A stretch of DNA of 63,995 bases, counting the filler, from Octopus bimaculoides (taxonomy: Eukaryota), in assembly GCF_001194135.2 (NCBI RefSeq). It is 6 parts of 6 records of this genome, joined end to end, with 100 filler letters (N's around TTAATTAATTAA, not from the genome) between each part and the next. Parts side by side here need not be neighbours in the genome. Positions count along the whole stretch, not along the records: positions 19,015 to 33,726 come from NC_068986.1; positions 33,827 to 46,384 come from NC_068981.1; 4 more parts are not named here. One strand, written 5' to 3'. Every line of letters begins with the position of its first letter. Positions within the stretch are counted from its first letter, which is position 1. A model generated the notes under the pieces. It ran no database searches. It saw only the letters and a program-made list of their open reading frames with translations, and was not told where the DNA came from. A program made the translations under genes and the position numbers. This document shows, piece after piece, positions 24,044 through 37,434 of the stretch.

Positions 24044-24694
24044 ATGGGGTGTTATAGAGGGCCTTATAGAGGTGGGTATTTCTTTGAAAATTAGTTGGGG
24101 ACTATTTACAGAAGATTGTTCTGAAGCCTATGGCTCCTCTTCCCAGCTTATACATTCTCATTAGCACCTGTAATTATTGATGTGCTTAACTATGTTAGTA
24201 AGAGTCTAAGTGACAATCTCGAAAACCTGGTATTTTCTGACAAAGAAAGTGACTTTGAAAATACAATCGGGGAGCGAAACAATAAGAACATTGAAGACAT
24301 TTTTAAAGTCTTATACGAGACACACCGCATTTTAATACAGATTCCAGGGAAGAAGCGCGTTTCGCTTTTAGAAACCAGTTTCTTCGGTAAGGAAAGAATT
24401 CAAAAATAATTCAGAAGAAAAATATACATAGATATAATAAAATGAACATAATTACATATATCAGACTCGTTAAAAATCTGTATCGAGAGCGCAAACCTAA
24501 AACGTACCTCCGAAAGTGAAGATTTGATAAATGCGCGACGACAAGAGTTGTCTTCTGTTGCTTCACCAACGGTCGGCCTAAACCGAGCAGAGCAAGGTTT
24601 ATCAAAGCTGATCTTTCCAGTCACAAGAAGTCTGTACCTTAATCTTTTCATGAAGTGTATATCTGGGACTACGTTAGGCAATATTTCTTTATAA
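24044..24694 (+). CDS. candidate three-exon gene, about 159 aa, product unknown
   Basis: Coding exons 24044-24071, 24165-24386 and 24465-24694. GT-AG introns of 93 and 78 nt, each containing in-frame stops, join all three in one frame: MGCYRGPYRAPVIIDVLNYVSKSL...TSFFDSLKICIESANLKR...NISL*. Confidence 0.4.
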
Positions 24695-24844
24695 TTTTAA
24701 GACGGGTGTATGTAATTTGATGAAGATTTAGCTGTTAATTCTAGCAGGTCAAGCGGCACTGCGTAGTCTCATTGTTTTGCATATCAAAATTCGTAAATGT
24801 AAGACATGTAAGGCACTAATAGGTTACGTCTGTATGGGAGTGTG

Positions 24845-25007
<163 letters not shown>

Positions 25008-25404
25008 CAGGAAATGTATATAAAGATAAACACCGGTTACAACTATGCTAATATATGCACTTATACTAAATTTAATTTTGCTACTCGCGTCCTATTTATA
25101 CATATAGTTTATATAACCTCCGTAGATAACAGGGAGAATCACAGATACATTACAAATTCGAATCACATAGCTAAAACCTAATAATTTCTTTGCCAAAAGC
25201 GGAAGAAGACAAAATGTACGAAAATATTTTTTTTAAATTCAGCATTTTTCACTTCTGGTTCATTAACGGTGTAACTGACTTTCAGATGACATATTGATTT
25301 AAAAGAGGAAATGATGGAAACACTACATACACTCATTCATATTCACACATGTATACAAATACATGCATCCTCATGTGTGTGTATATATATATATATATAT
25401 AAAC

Positions 25405-25435
<31 letters not shown>

Positions 25436-25470
25436 TACACATACATATGAAGATATATATGCGTTTGTGT

Positions 25471-25509
<39 letters not shown>

Positions 25510-25855
25510 NNNNNNNNNNNNNNNNNNNNNNNNNNNNNNNNNNNNNNNNNNNNNNNNNNNNNNNNNNNNNNNNNNNNNNNNNNNNNNNNNNNNNNNNNNN
25601 NNNNNNNNNNNNNNNNNNNNNNNNNNNNNNNNNNNNNNNNNNNNNNNNNNNNNNNNNNNNNNNNNNNNNNNNNNNNNNNNNNNNNNNNNNNNNNNNNNNN
25701 NNNNNNNNNNNNNNNNNNNNNNNNNNNNNNNNNNNNNNNNNNNNNNNNNNNNNNNNNNNNNNNNNNNNNNNNNNNNNNNNNNNNNNNNNNNNNNNNNNNN
25801 NNNNNNNNNNNNNNNNNNNNNNNNNNNNNNNNNNNNNNNNNNNNNNNNNNNNNNN

Positions 25856-25925
<70 letters not shown>

Positions 25926-26104
25926 GTATTTACATATTATATATAAATAAATGTAAAAACACACGCACCCACAAATTTATGTGTGTGTATGTGTGCATGT
26001 GTGTGAGCGTAGAAATGGCATCGACCGGTCTGAGTCATTTCATATAATTATTATACAATGATAGTGTCTAAGCAACATCCATACATAAGAATTCAGATGC
26101 TTAC

Positions 26105-26340
26105 ACATGTGGAAACAAAACTTTGCCATCACTAGTGATCACTCTCAACACCACGATGTTGACAGGATGTTTGACTTTTATCACTCTCGGTAAATGTCCT
26201 CAGATTGCACTGTCCTCAGATTGACACCCAAACACTCTGAAATGTTCGAATGCCAAGCAGTACAACATGTTCTTTCCAAATTTTTGGCCGAGTGTATTGT
26301 CATGGTGCTGTTTTTCTCACAGACGGTGCCCAACTGACCC
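26105..26340 (-). pseudogene. Tc1/mariner-superfamily transposase remnant
   Basis: The minus strand gives PRVIKVKHPVNIVVLRVITSDG, resembling the KTKHP..VMVFGVVTSDG segment of Tc1/maT-like transposases. The rest is disrupted. Confidence 0.55.
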
Positions 26341-27315
26341 TACTATACTGTGTAACCGACAAAATCAAAAACAAACAATGCGCATATGTATATATATATA
26401 TATATATATATGCGCATTGTTTGTTTTTGAGAGAGAGAGATTTCTAATGTTGATTCTTCATACTTTGCTGAGAGCTTACAGGCGTAAATTTGCCAAGGTA
26501 TGAAAGTAGTACTTGTATATAATGTATGGTGAATTTATGGAATGAAGTCCAATAAAACTCATCGATTTAGTTAAAGATGGAGGAGTCAAGTTATTAAAAC
26601 ATATCAGAAGCTGTTGGTGCTATTGAGTTAGTCCTTGCCTAGGCCGATCATGGCCTAAGTTACCTAGGGTATATATATTATACTACGCGAAGAGGGATTG
26701 AAAAGGTTTTATTACAAATCAGTACAATTGTTTCAACGCACATTTCCAGCTGTTCATTGCTGATGGTTATATAAATTATACGCAATATTGTATTAACATG
26801 ATTTAATTATAGCTGTATACATGCGCATCGTCGGGTGACCAGAATCAAAGCGCAGCTGCATCATATATAGTTTCTCCACATTTTTTTATCTTCGCTGAAA
26901 TGTTATTTACAATATTCCTCTGACAAAAAGAAACAAGGAAATACAAATATAGATAAAAATGATACAAAAACAAATTTTACGAAATAAAAAGTAAAAAATA
27001 AAGAAACTTCATTCATTCAATCTTTAACCAGAGATTTGTTTGGAATTTCAGGAAATATAAAAAAAGCAACCTGTAAAGATAAGCATATCGTAAAAGGATA
27101 ACCTTTAACAATTGCCCGTCTCTAGTTTCTGTTACCGTTCCACTTCAAAGAAAACCAGTTCACTTCCTTGACTCAGCAGGAGACCAAAACTGTCACCTCA
27201 CAGGATTAATTTTAGATACATAATATCATTATCACTGTCTTTAATCTGTTACTTTTCAAGTCATTAATAACGGTTGTTAAACTAACAAATTTACTTGTAC
27301 CACACACACACGTGT

Positions 27316-27359
<44 letters not shown>

Positions 27360-28176
27360 NNNNNNNNNNNNNNNNNNNNNNNNNNNNNNNNNNNNNNNNN
27401 NNNNNNNNNNNNNNNNNNNNNNNNNNNNNNNNNNNNNNNNNNNNNNNNNNNNNNNNNNNNNNNNNNNNNNNNNNNNNNNNNNNNNNNNNNNNNNNNNNNN
27501 NNNNNNNNNNNNNNNNNNNNNNNNNNNNNNNNNNNNNNNNNNNNNNNNNNNNNNNNNNNNNNNNNNNNNNNNNNNNNNNNNNNNNNNNNNNNNNNNNNNN
27601 NNNNNNNNNNNNNNNNNNNNNNNNNNNNNNNNNNNNNNNNNNNNNNNNNNNNNNNNNNNNNNNNNNNNNNNNNNNNNNNNNNNNNNNNNNNNNNNNNNNN
27701 NNNNNNNNNNNNNNNNNNNNNNNNNNNNNNNNNNNNNNNNNNNNNNNNNNNNNNNNNNNNNNNNNNNNNNNNNNNNNNNNNNNNNNNNNNNNNNNNNNNN
27801 NNNNNNNNNNNNNNNNNNNNNNNNNNNNNNNNNNNNNNNNNNNNNNNNNNNNNNNNNNNNNNNNNNNNNNNNNNNNNNNNNNNNNNNNNNNNNNNNNNNN
27901 NNNNNNNNNNNNNNNNNNNNNNNNNNNNNNNNNNNNNNNNNNNNNNNNNNNNNNNNNNNNNNNNNNNNNNNNNNNNNNNNNNNNNNNNNNNNNNNNNNNN
28001 NNNNNNNNNNNNNNNNNNNNNNNNNNNNNNNNNNNNNNNNNNNNNNNNNNNNNNNNNNNNNNNNNNNNNNNNNNNNNNNNNNNNNNNNNNNNNNNNNNNN
28101 NNNNNNNNNNNNNNNNNNNNNNNNNNNNNNNNNNNNNNNNNNNNNNNNNNNNNNNNNNNNNNNNNNNNNNNNNNNN

Positions 28177-28224
<48 letters not shown>

Positions 28225-28239
28225 GTTATATCTTAATAA

Positions 28240-28900
28240 TTCCGATGCGACACTTCCTATCTCTTTCTGTCTTTTTTCCTCAACTCTTTCGCTTCCTCTC
28301 TCTTCCTTTCTCTATTCTTTTTTATCTCCTATTCTCTCCTTTTCGTTTTCCTCTCTCATCCTTTCTTTTCCCCTCCCCTTCACCGTTCTCTGTCTATCCC
28401 TCTCTCTCCCTTACTCTTCCGCCTTTGCTCTCTCGGTGCTCGCACGTGACCGTCGCCCATCTTTCTTTTTCTAACTCGAATTTCCTTCTTTCTCTCTTAT
28501 CAGCCACAGGGATGGGACGCATTCTTGTCTGTCTCCTGTCAGAGCTTGTTTCTCCGCGTTCACCAACTCAACTCGTCAAGGCTTAGCAGCCCTCCTTGTT
28601 TGTTTTCACTGTCTTGTTTTTCTTACCAACTTTGACCCTCCGCAAAATCCCAAATTTTATTTTTTATTTATTCATTTTATTTTATTTGCTTTGCTGGAGC
28701 AACGGTTATGTGGAAACGTGAAATGCTCGAAATACGAAGTAGAAAAACTGCCAAAAACTGATGAAGGGTCGTTTTGTCATGTTACTTGTCTTGTTTTCCA
28801 TTTGTTTCTTTCCTTGTTCGCAAAAAAAGTTCGTATTCCATGTTTTCGTTTTTTCGTATTTCATGTTGTTAACGTTCCGTGGTGTCCTGTGCCCATATAT
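28240..28900. mobile_element. probable decayed repeat, possibly a Penelope-like terminus
   Basis: Pyrimidine tract plus CpG-rich blocks and a CTGATGAAGGG motif. The assignment rests on recollection only. Confidence 0.3.
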
Positions 28901-29158
28901 CCATGTATATACAAATATATGTATATACATATGTATATGTATATACATATATATATGTATGTATGCATATATATTTATATATTATTTATATTGTTATATA
29001 TATTTATATATATTAATCTATGAAATTCCAACACAGTCTAATTTTTACGTTTTATTATTTACAATTCTGACAATAATAATAGAAAATTATAATAGAATAT
29101 TATATATTTATTGTGATAAAACTAGTACATTCATGCGTTACGCAATTATCAGGTTTAT

Positions 29159-29225
<67 letters not shown>
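29159..29225. repeat. (GTA)n microsatellite
   Basis: Read directly from the sequence. Confidence 0.98.
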
Positions 29226-29227
<2 letters not shown>

Positions 29228-29343
29228 ACAGTCGTGTTACACAATTGTAGTGAAATGATTACATTTCTCCTTTAAATACCTTCCGATAGGCTTCAGCAGC
29301 CTGAATCTTATTTTGACCAATCATTATATATATATATATATTA

Positions 29344-29553
29344 TTGTATCTGGGGAGAGTCATTCAGTTTTAATGCTTTGTTAATTAATACACTCACCGG
29401 TTCGATTTCCATTCATTTACAGATTTATTTTTCTAAAATGTTCGTTGCCTCTTGCAAGCTCTTCAGTAGTCATTGACGAAATGAGTAGAAATTGAACTGG
29501 TGAGTGTGTTAATTGATAAGGCATTAAAGCAGAATGACTCTCCCCAGACACAA
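29344..29553. mobile_element. Tc1/mariner-type MITE with long TIRs
   Basis: Arms 29341-29418 and 29479-29556 match at 67/78 as inverted repeats, and TA lies on both sides. Confidence 0.85.
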
Positions 29554-29606
29554 TAAAACATGCTTCAACACACGAATTCACATAAAGAATCTTCCTAACC
29601 AAACAC

Positions 29607-29694
<88 letters not shown>

Positions 29695-29885
29695 NNNNNN
29701 NNNNNNNNNNNNNNNNNNNNNNNNNNNNNNNNNNNNNNNNNNNNNNNNNNNNNNNNNNNNNNNNNNNNNNNNNNNNNNNNNNNNNNNNNNNNNNNNNNNN
29801 NNNNNNNNNNNNNNNNTCTTCCAAATTCCAAAATTGAGCTTTTACGTGTATGGTTATATTTTTGAACAACTTCAGAGTGCTTGTG

Positions 29886-30126
29886 GATAATATTTAATTC
29901 TTTATTTCCCACAAGGGGCTAAACATAGAGGGGACAAACAAGGACAGACAAAGGGACTAAGTCAATCACATCGACCCCAGTACGTAACTGGTACTTATTT
30001 AATCGATCCCGAAAGGATGGAAGGCAAAGTCGACCTCAGCGGAATTTGAACTCAGAACGTAGCGTCAGACGAAATGTCGCTAAGCATTTCACCCGGCGTG
30101 CTAACGTTTCTGCCAGCTCGCCGCCT
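29886..30126 (-). mobile_element. family A SINE, full length, with the alternative 3' tail
   Basis: Intact head GGCGGCGAGCTGGCAGAAACGTTAGCACGCCGGG, B-box-like GAGTTCAAATTCC, and tail TTGTCCCCTCTATGTTTAGCCCCTTGTGGGAAATAAAG. Confidence 0.9.
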
Positions 30127-30265
30127 TTTTGATAATATTATCACCACAGAATAGGATGCACAGTGTCTCTTCCAAGCATAGGTTGCACGATTTCGGGTTA
30201 TGCATTCCATATCACTGACCAAGTCATGTTATATTGCATCTTTCTCTGTTCTCTCCGTCTACCCC

Positions 30266-30320
<55 letters not shown>

Positions 30321-30731
30321 GGAGTAGTGAAATAGAGTGAAATAGAGAGAAATAGAGAATTTTGAGATGGGTAGAAAGATGGTGATTATGGCGGTGGTTT
30401 GAAAGTTGACCAATCCCTATTCACATAAACAGTTATTTGCGAAAACCCTTTCTGGTGTGAACTGCTAATGTATTTTACATTCAATTTAATTGAGGAAGTT
30501 GTGCGGTGTGGATTTCACCTCAAAATATCTCCATTACATTTCATTAACTGACAACAAGCATTCATTAGGATTACAGTGGATTCATAGTCGGAAGAACAGC
30601 TAAGGTTTATGAGACATATTTCGCCTAAAAACATTTTACTCAGCCAACAGCGTTTGGCACAAAACAGTGAAGGTCATTACATTCTACTATTTAAGTCAAC
30701 AATTTCCTGAGTACATCTCTTCTTTCCACTC

Positions 30732-30910
30732 AGATCATAGCAGTTTGCTGAATAGATCATAACAATCTACTGTTAGATCATAATCATTCTATTAAATAGG
30801 TCACAGCATTCTATTAAATTTATCTTAACATTTCACTGGTTATATCATAGCATTCTCCTGATGAATAGACCATAGCATTCGACTCAGCAGATCATAACAT
30901 TCTTCTTAAT
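30732..30910. repeat. degenerate 22-bp tandem array, 8 units
   Basis: AGATCATARCATTCT-like units start at 30732, 30754, 30775, 30798, 30820, 30842, 30867 and 30889. Confidence 0.8.
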
Positions 30911-31479
30911 ATATTATACGTAACATTCATCTCAAAAATGTGTCGATCCGAATTATTAAGCCAGATTAAATACGAATTCACCAATAAGGTATATAATGTC
31001 TTTCAAATATTTTAACAATATTTTACATTATAACGATATATATTATGTATTACAACGACGTTATACAATATTACATTATCACGATATATTATATATTAAT
31101 ATTATAACTATATTATACATAATCATATTACACATGTTGATTATTCCAAATAGCGATATTATATATAGTATGACTATTTGACATATATCATACAGTATGA
31201 CCATAAAGATAATTATTGTTATCAATGAACCTCCCCAGATACAACGAAATAATATCGTACATGATGAGTGTATTACACATAAAAACGATATTTATATATA
31301 ACGACTATATTGCGCAGTACAAGGAGAGGCTTGAGTCAAAAAAGTTCTTCAGATTCATTGACAGAACTGGAAACATATCCTTTCGCATTAATGGCTCCTT
31401 TTTTTCTATCTCAGAATAATAAGTATAATGTCGAATGAAACTGAGTAAATTATCTCCTAGGTAACAGCAAGCTGGCAGG

Positions 31480-31625
31480 ACTTTTAGTACATCAGACAAA
31501 ATGCTTAATGGAGTTTCTTCCGGTTCCTTACGTTCTGACGTCAAATCTTCGAGGTCGATAAAATAAAGTACCAGCCAAATATTGGCACCGATGTAACCGG
31601 CTTGTCCCCTCGCTTTAAAGTCGCT
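31480..31625 (+). mobile_element. family A SINE, decayed and internally deleted
   Basis: Contains GCTGGCAG, AAATGCTTA, ACGTTCTGA and GTCGATAAAATAAAGTACCAG. Confidence 0.65.
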
Positions 31626-32145
31626 GGCTTTGAATCCCACAACCGACCGACGTTCCATTCAGGGGCAGAGTTGTGACCTCCAATGCTTCTGTGCTATAGA
31701 AACTGGGTAACTGGCCTTATGAGTCCTAGGGCTAAAGAATTAAATAAAAACTACCTCCTGGAAAAAAATAATACAAGATGTCACCAATGATGGAATATGC
31801 TGGAGCTCCCTAAATGCTGCGAGTTGATTTCCCATGAGGAATAATAAGGGGCCCATCCCCTTCAAAGTAAATGACCAGCTGAATGAAGGTCGGGATTGTC
31901 AAAACCAAAAAACTTCATCGACGATTTTCAACAGCAAAAATAAAACTTATATAACTGGAAAAGCTAACCACTCCCTCTTAGAAGCCATTCTTGATTCCAT
32001 CATAAAATGGTTGAAGCGGAACAGTTTGAAATAAGTCAGTTTTCATTTACACCAGCTTGCTAAAGAGATAATTAAAAACACTCATTCTTCTCTCCACCCC
32101 TGCTATACCCTCCCTCTCAGGGCATCAAATAACCTTACAGTTATG

Positions 32146-32253
32146 AGATCAGAACATTCCATTTGTTAAATCATAACATTCCACAGAGCAGATCACAGTA
32201 GTTTACTTAGTAGGTCATAGCATTCTGCTGAAGGGATCGTAATATTTTAGAAT
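32146..32253. repeat. second 22-bp array, 5 units, same motif
   Basis: Units start at 32146, 32168, 32190, 32212 and 32234, an exact 22-bp period. Confidence 0.75.
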
Positions 32254-33356
32254 GTTACATTAGAATTCAACAAATGATAGATAAACTTGAGCATCATAAA
32301 ATCCATTTAAAACAAATATAGAATTGATAGAGTTCAGAAAATGTCAACCTGAATATCCAAAATGATCTGGTTAAAAAATTATTGTTGTAATCATAGACGT
32401 CAGTCTTGTTGTTGTTGTTGTTGTTGCTGTTGATGGTGATTATAACACTGGTGGTGATAATGATCGTAGTGGTGGTGGTGCTGCTGCTGCTGTTGCTGCT
32501 ATTGCTGTGGTTGCTCCTATTGTTACTGGTGGTGGTGCTGGTAGTTGTAGAGGTTGTGGTAGCTTTAATGGTATAGCCTCTGAACAGCCCTGATCGAAGG
32601 GCAGATCTATGGCAGGAGGTTTATTTGACGGTGCTACAGATGTGTTCGATCCAAATGATTTGTCTGTTGTAGTTGGATACTCCATGCATCTCCAGCTGAG
32701 GGAACAACAACGTCATAATCATTTTATACTCCGAGTTAGAACACAATTTCAATGCATTTCAAAAGAAAGGAGGAAATACTTAACTCTAAAACTGTGCAGT
32801 TTGATCGCTGTGACCACCGTCTTTTAATAGTTTGACCAACAAGACTGGACTGCGATTAATGTTGCGAGACAGTCAGCGAGAGGAGGAAGGAAAGTAAGAA
32901 ATAAAGAAAAAGAATAACAGAAACAAACAAAAGGAAGGAAAAAAGAAAGAAAGAAAATTTTTCACTGGTTTGTACATAGAAATGTTGTACGGTGGGTTAT
33001 ACCAAATGAAATTTCAATTCCAGTATTTTTAGGACTTTTGTCAGGTGGTGTTCCACAGTGCTTTATTCATTATCCCTTCAATGTAATCGTACTTTGCTAT
33101 TGAACACTGATGTTGCGTCGAAGTTGCTCCATCGGAGGGTAATTCATTTTTCAGTTGATGGTTGGGTCGGGTTTCGATGTCCTGCACTGATCTGTTGAGT
33201 GGTTCTTAGGATTTGGAGTTTAGTTTAAGAGCGGCGTCCAAGGTGTTTGTTGTAAAGTTTACATGGTCTCTGATCCTCAGGCTGAATTTGGTGAATATCA
33301 TCATTCATCTTCTAGGTGTGTCAACAGTATATGTGCATGCGCATGTGTGTATACTG

Positions 33357-33389
<33 letters not shown>

Positions 33390-33679
33390 TATATATGTAT
33401 ATATGTGTACGTAGATATACACATGCATACGCATGAGTGAATGTATGAATGTATATTTGTATGTGTATATGTGTGTGTGTATATATATATATATATGTGT
33501 ATATATATGTGTGCGTGTGTGTATATTTATATGTGTGTGTATATATATGTGTGTGTGTATATAAATATATGTGTGTAAATATGTGCGTAGATATATATAT
33601 GTGTGTCTGTATGTGTGTATGTATGTATGTGTGTGTGTATGTGTGTATGTGTGTCTGTATGTGTGTATGTATATATACA

Positions 33680-33726
<47 letters not shown>

Positions 33727-33826
33727 NNNNNNNNNNNNNNNNNNNNNNNNNNNNNNNNNNNNNNNNNNNNTTAATTAATTAANNNNNNNNNNNNNNNNNN
33801 NNNNNNNNNNNNNNNNNNNNNNNNNN
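33727..33826. other. artificial scaffold linker
   Basis: 44 N + TTAATTAATTAA + 44 N. Confidence 0.95.
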
Positions 33827-34133
33827 TACAAAGACCTGGAAATAAAGATAACTCGAATGTGGAATCTAAAAACAGAAACAATTCCTATCATAGTAGGTGT
33901 CTTAGGTATAATAAAAAAATATTCAGACAAATACATAACAAAAATACCAGGACTTACAAATATATATAACATACAGAAAATTGCACTACTGGGTACTGCA
34001 CACATTCTACGCAAAACATTTTCAATACAGTAAACATAAGAGCACCACAGCAAACCACAGCACATACCCAAGGCGCACAGAGCTGCGCTCGGTAGTGAAG
34101 TGAAAGCACGTTATAAAAATAAAACTACTGAAC

Positions 34134-34187
<54 letters not shown>
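33827..34187 (+). mobile_element. R4/Dong-clade LINE 3' end, copy I
   Basis: KDLEIKITRMWNLKTETIPIIVGVLGIIKK...QKIALLGTAHILRKTFSIQ* (end of the restriction-like endonuclease), then a 3' UTR and (AAT)n. Confidence 0.9.
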
Positions 34188-34188
<1 letters not shown>

Positions 34189-34239
34189 TGATTACAAGCA
34201 CCACCACGATAAAGTGTATGTATATCTTCATTGACTCTC

Positions 34240-34700
34240 TATGCCTTAAATACGAATATGAAGTAACACAAAAGAAAAATTATGCAGGAGGCTGGAAAAG
34301 TAACGATATTCTGGGTCTATGATGTTCAGACGCATCGTGCAATAGAACACCGTCTTCCGAATATTTTCATATTGAATAAGACAGAAAAATACAGTCAGAT
34401 TATTGATGTAGCCATACCAAAATGACATGAATATTATGAGTAAAGAGGTTGAAAACATCACCAAGTTCTTCGAATTGAAAATGGAAATGTCAATTTTGTA
34501 TGGAATGTGAGAGGGTAATGTAAAAGTGATAGCAGTTGGTCTCAATCTCATTGTAACTTCAAAACTTCTTAAGGCAAGTGGAAATCCAATGCAAGATTGA
34601 TGTCTTGCAAAAAGTAGCCTAATTGGGCACAGCGCACAACTTAAAGAACGTATTATCCGTCTTAAAGCAAGTATCATCTCTCCTTGTTGTGCCTTGACAG
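34240..34700 (+). pseudogene. R4/Dong-clade LINE remnant, copy II
   Basis: ILWVYDVQTHRAIEHRLPNIFILNKTEKYSQIIDVAIP (decayed RPD..IIDV endonuclease motif) and DVLQKVA*LGTAH. Confidence 0.8.
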
Positions 34701-34759
34701 ATGACTAAAGACTGCGGTGCATTTTTACCTAGTAGGGAGAGTAAAAAGTGTTCAAGTGA

Positions 34760-35810
34760 GATTACGCATAATACCCAGGTTGAACAGCATGAGGGAAGTG
34801 TGGTCAGTGTAATTGTAAAGAAAGTGAAATCAAGGGCAAAGCGAAATACGCTTGAACAATTAGCTGGTAAGTGGGAACAAAAGCCTGTACATTGCAAATA
34901 TGTGGCCCGTAGCAAACACGCTAGTGTAGACCAGAAGCACACCCAGCAGTGGATAAGTATTCAGGGCTCAAGGCAGAGAGTGAAGGCTTTATCTTGGCTG
35001 CCCAAGGTCATATCTTATTGAATCGGAATTATGAAGCCAATGTAATGAAAGATGGTATAAATGCAAAGTGCTGATACTGCAACGATGGGATAGAAACGGT
35101 CGACCATGAAATATCTGGATGTAAGGATTTAGCACCTGTAGAGTACAAATCAAGACATGGCAGAGTTGACCAATATCTACATTGGATAATGTGTCGGCAT
35201 TATGAAATCAAAACTGCTGACAAATGGTACCCTGAAATTGTAACTGGGAGAACATGTAATTATTCTTTGGGACTTCTCAGTGTGTACAGAAAGACAAAAG
35301 CAATAAAGTATGCTTATTGATTGACATGAGCATACCCTGTGACCATAATATCTCGGCAAAAGCATTTTATAAGATCAGAAATTATAAAGATTTGCTAATT
35401 TAAATCGAAAAGATGTGGCATCTCAAGACGGTTACAAAACCAGTGACTGTAGGAGCACTAGGAATTATCAAAAAAGGAACTGAAAATTATTTTAGAATGG
35501 AACCTGGTTTACCATCTATGCGGGGAGTGCAAAAGATTGTCTTAACTAGAACGTCACACGTATTGAGAAGAGAATTGTCGCTGTAAATTGTTCTTCCCCT
35601 CCTTTATCTTATTTGTTTACTTTTCTATTTTTTATTTCTTTATTTTTCTTTCTGTCTTCCCCCTTTTATCTATCACATGTTTCTGTAAATGAACAATCTG
35701 TTGTGCTTGTTTTAATGACCTACCAATGTAAACAGTACGTTTTTCTACTGTTGTCTGGAAGACACTCGGCAAGAAATAGAAACAGAGTTGAAAGAAGATG
35801 CAAATGAAAA
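34760..35810 (+). pseudogene. R4/Dong-clade LINE remnant, copy III
   Basis: KWEQKPVHCKY, GLKAESEGFILAAQ, CCHC knuckle C*YC..ETVDH..SGC, ILWDF, IDMSIPCD and VGALGIIKK, followed by a 3' UTR. Confidence 0.85.
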
Positions 35811-37228
<1,418 letters not shown>

Positions 37229-37370
37229 TTATTGGGCACTGCACACATCCTACGCAAAACACTTTCAATACAGTAACCATAAGAGCATCACAGCAAACCA
37301 CAGCACATACCCAAGGCACACGGAGCTGCGCTCGGTAGTGAAGTGAAAGCGCGTTATAAAAGTAAAACTA

Positions 37371-37433
<63 letters not shown>
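37229..37433 (+). mobile_element. R4/Dong-clade LINE, extreme 5'-truncated copy V
   Basis: LLGTAHILRKTLSIQ* with a 3' UTR nearly identical to copy I, followed by (AAT)n. Confidence 0.9.

Positions 37434-37434
<1 letters not shown>

Noticed and set aside
27169-27178. TGACTCAGCA (ARE/MARE consensus)
   Set aside because: An isolated 10-mer with no supporting context.
28755-28800. Hammerhead ribozyme at CTGATGAAGGG
   Set aside because: I found no stem II closing to GAAA with a matching stem III/NUH.
29423-29499. Protein-coding exon
   Set aside because: All three frames contain stops, and it lies within a MITE.
32440-33320. 81-aa Pro/Ala-rich ORF and a possible Penelope RT fragment (SNFDATSVF)
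   Set aside because: The ORF is half trinucleotide repeat, and the RT similarity rests on one weak motif.
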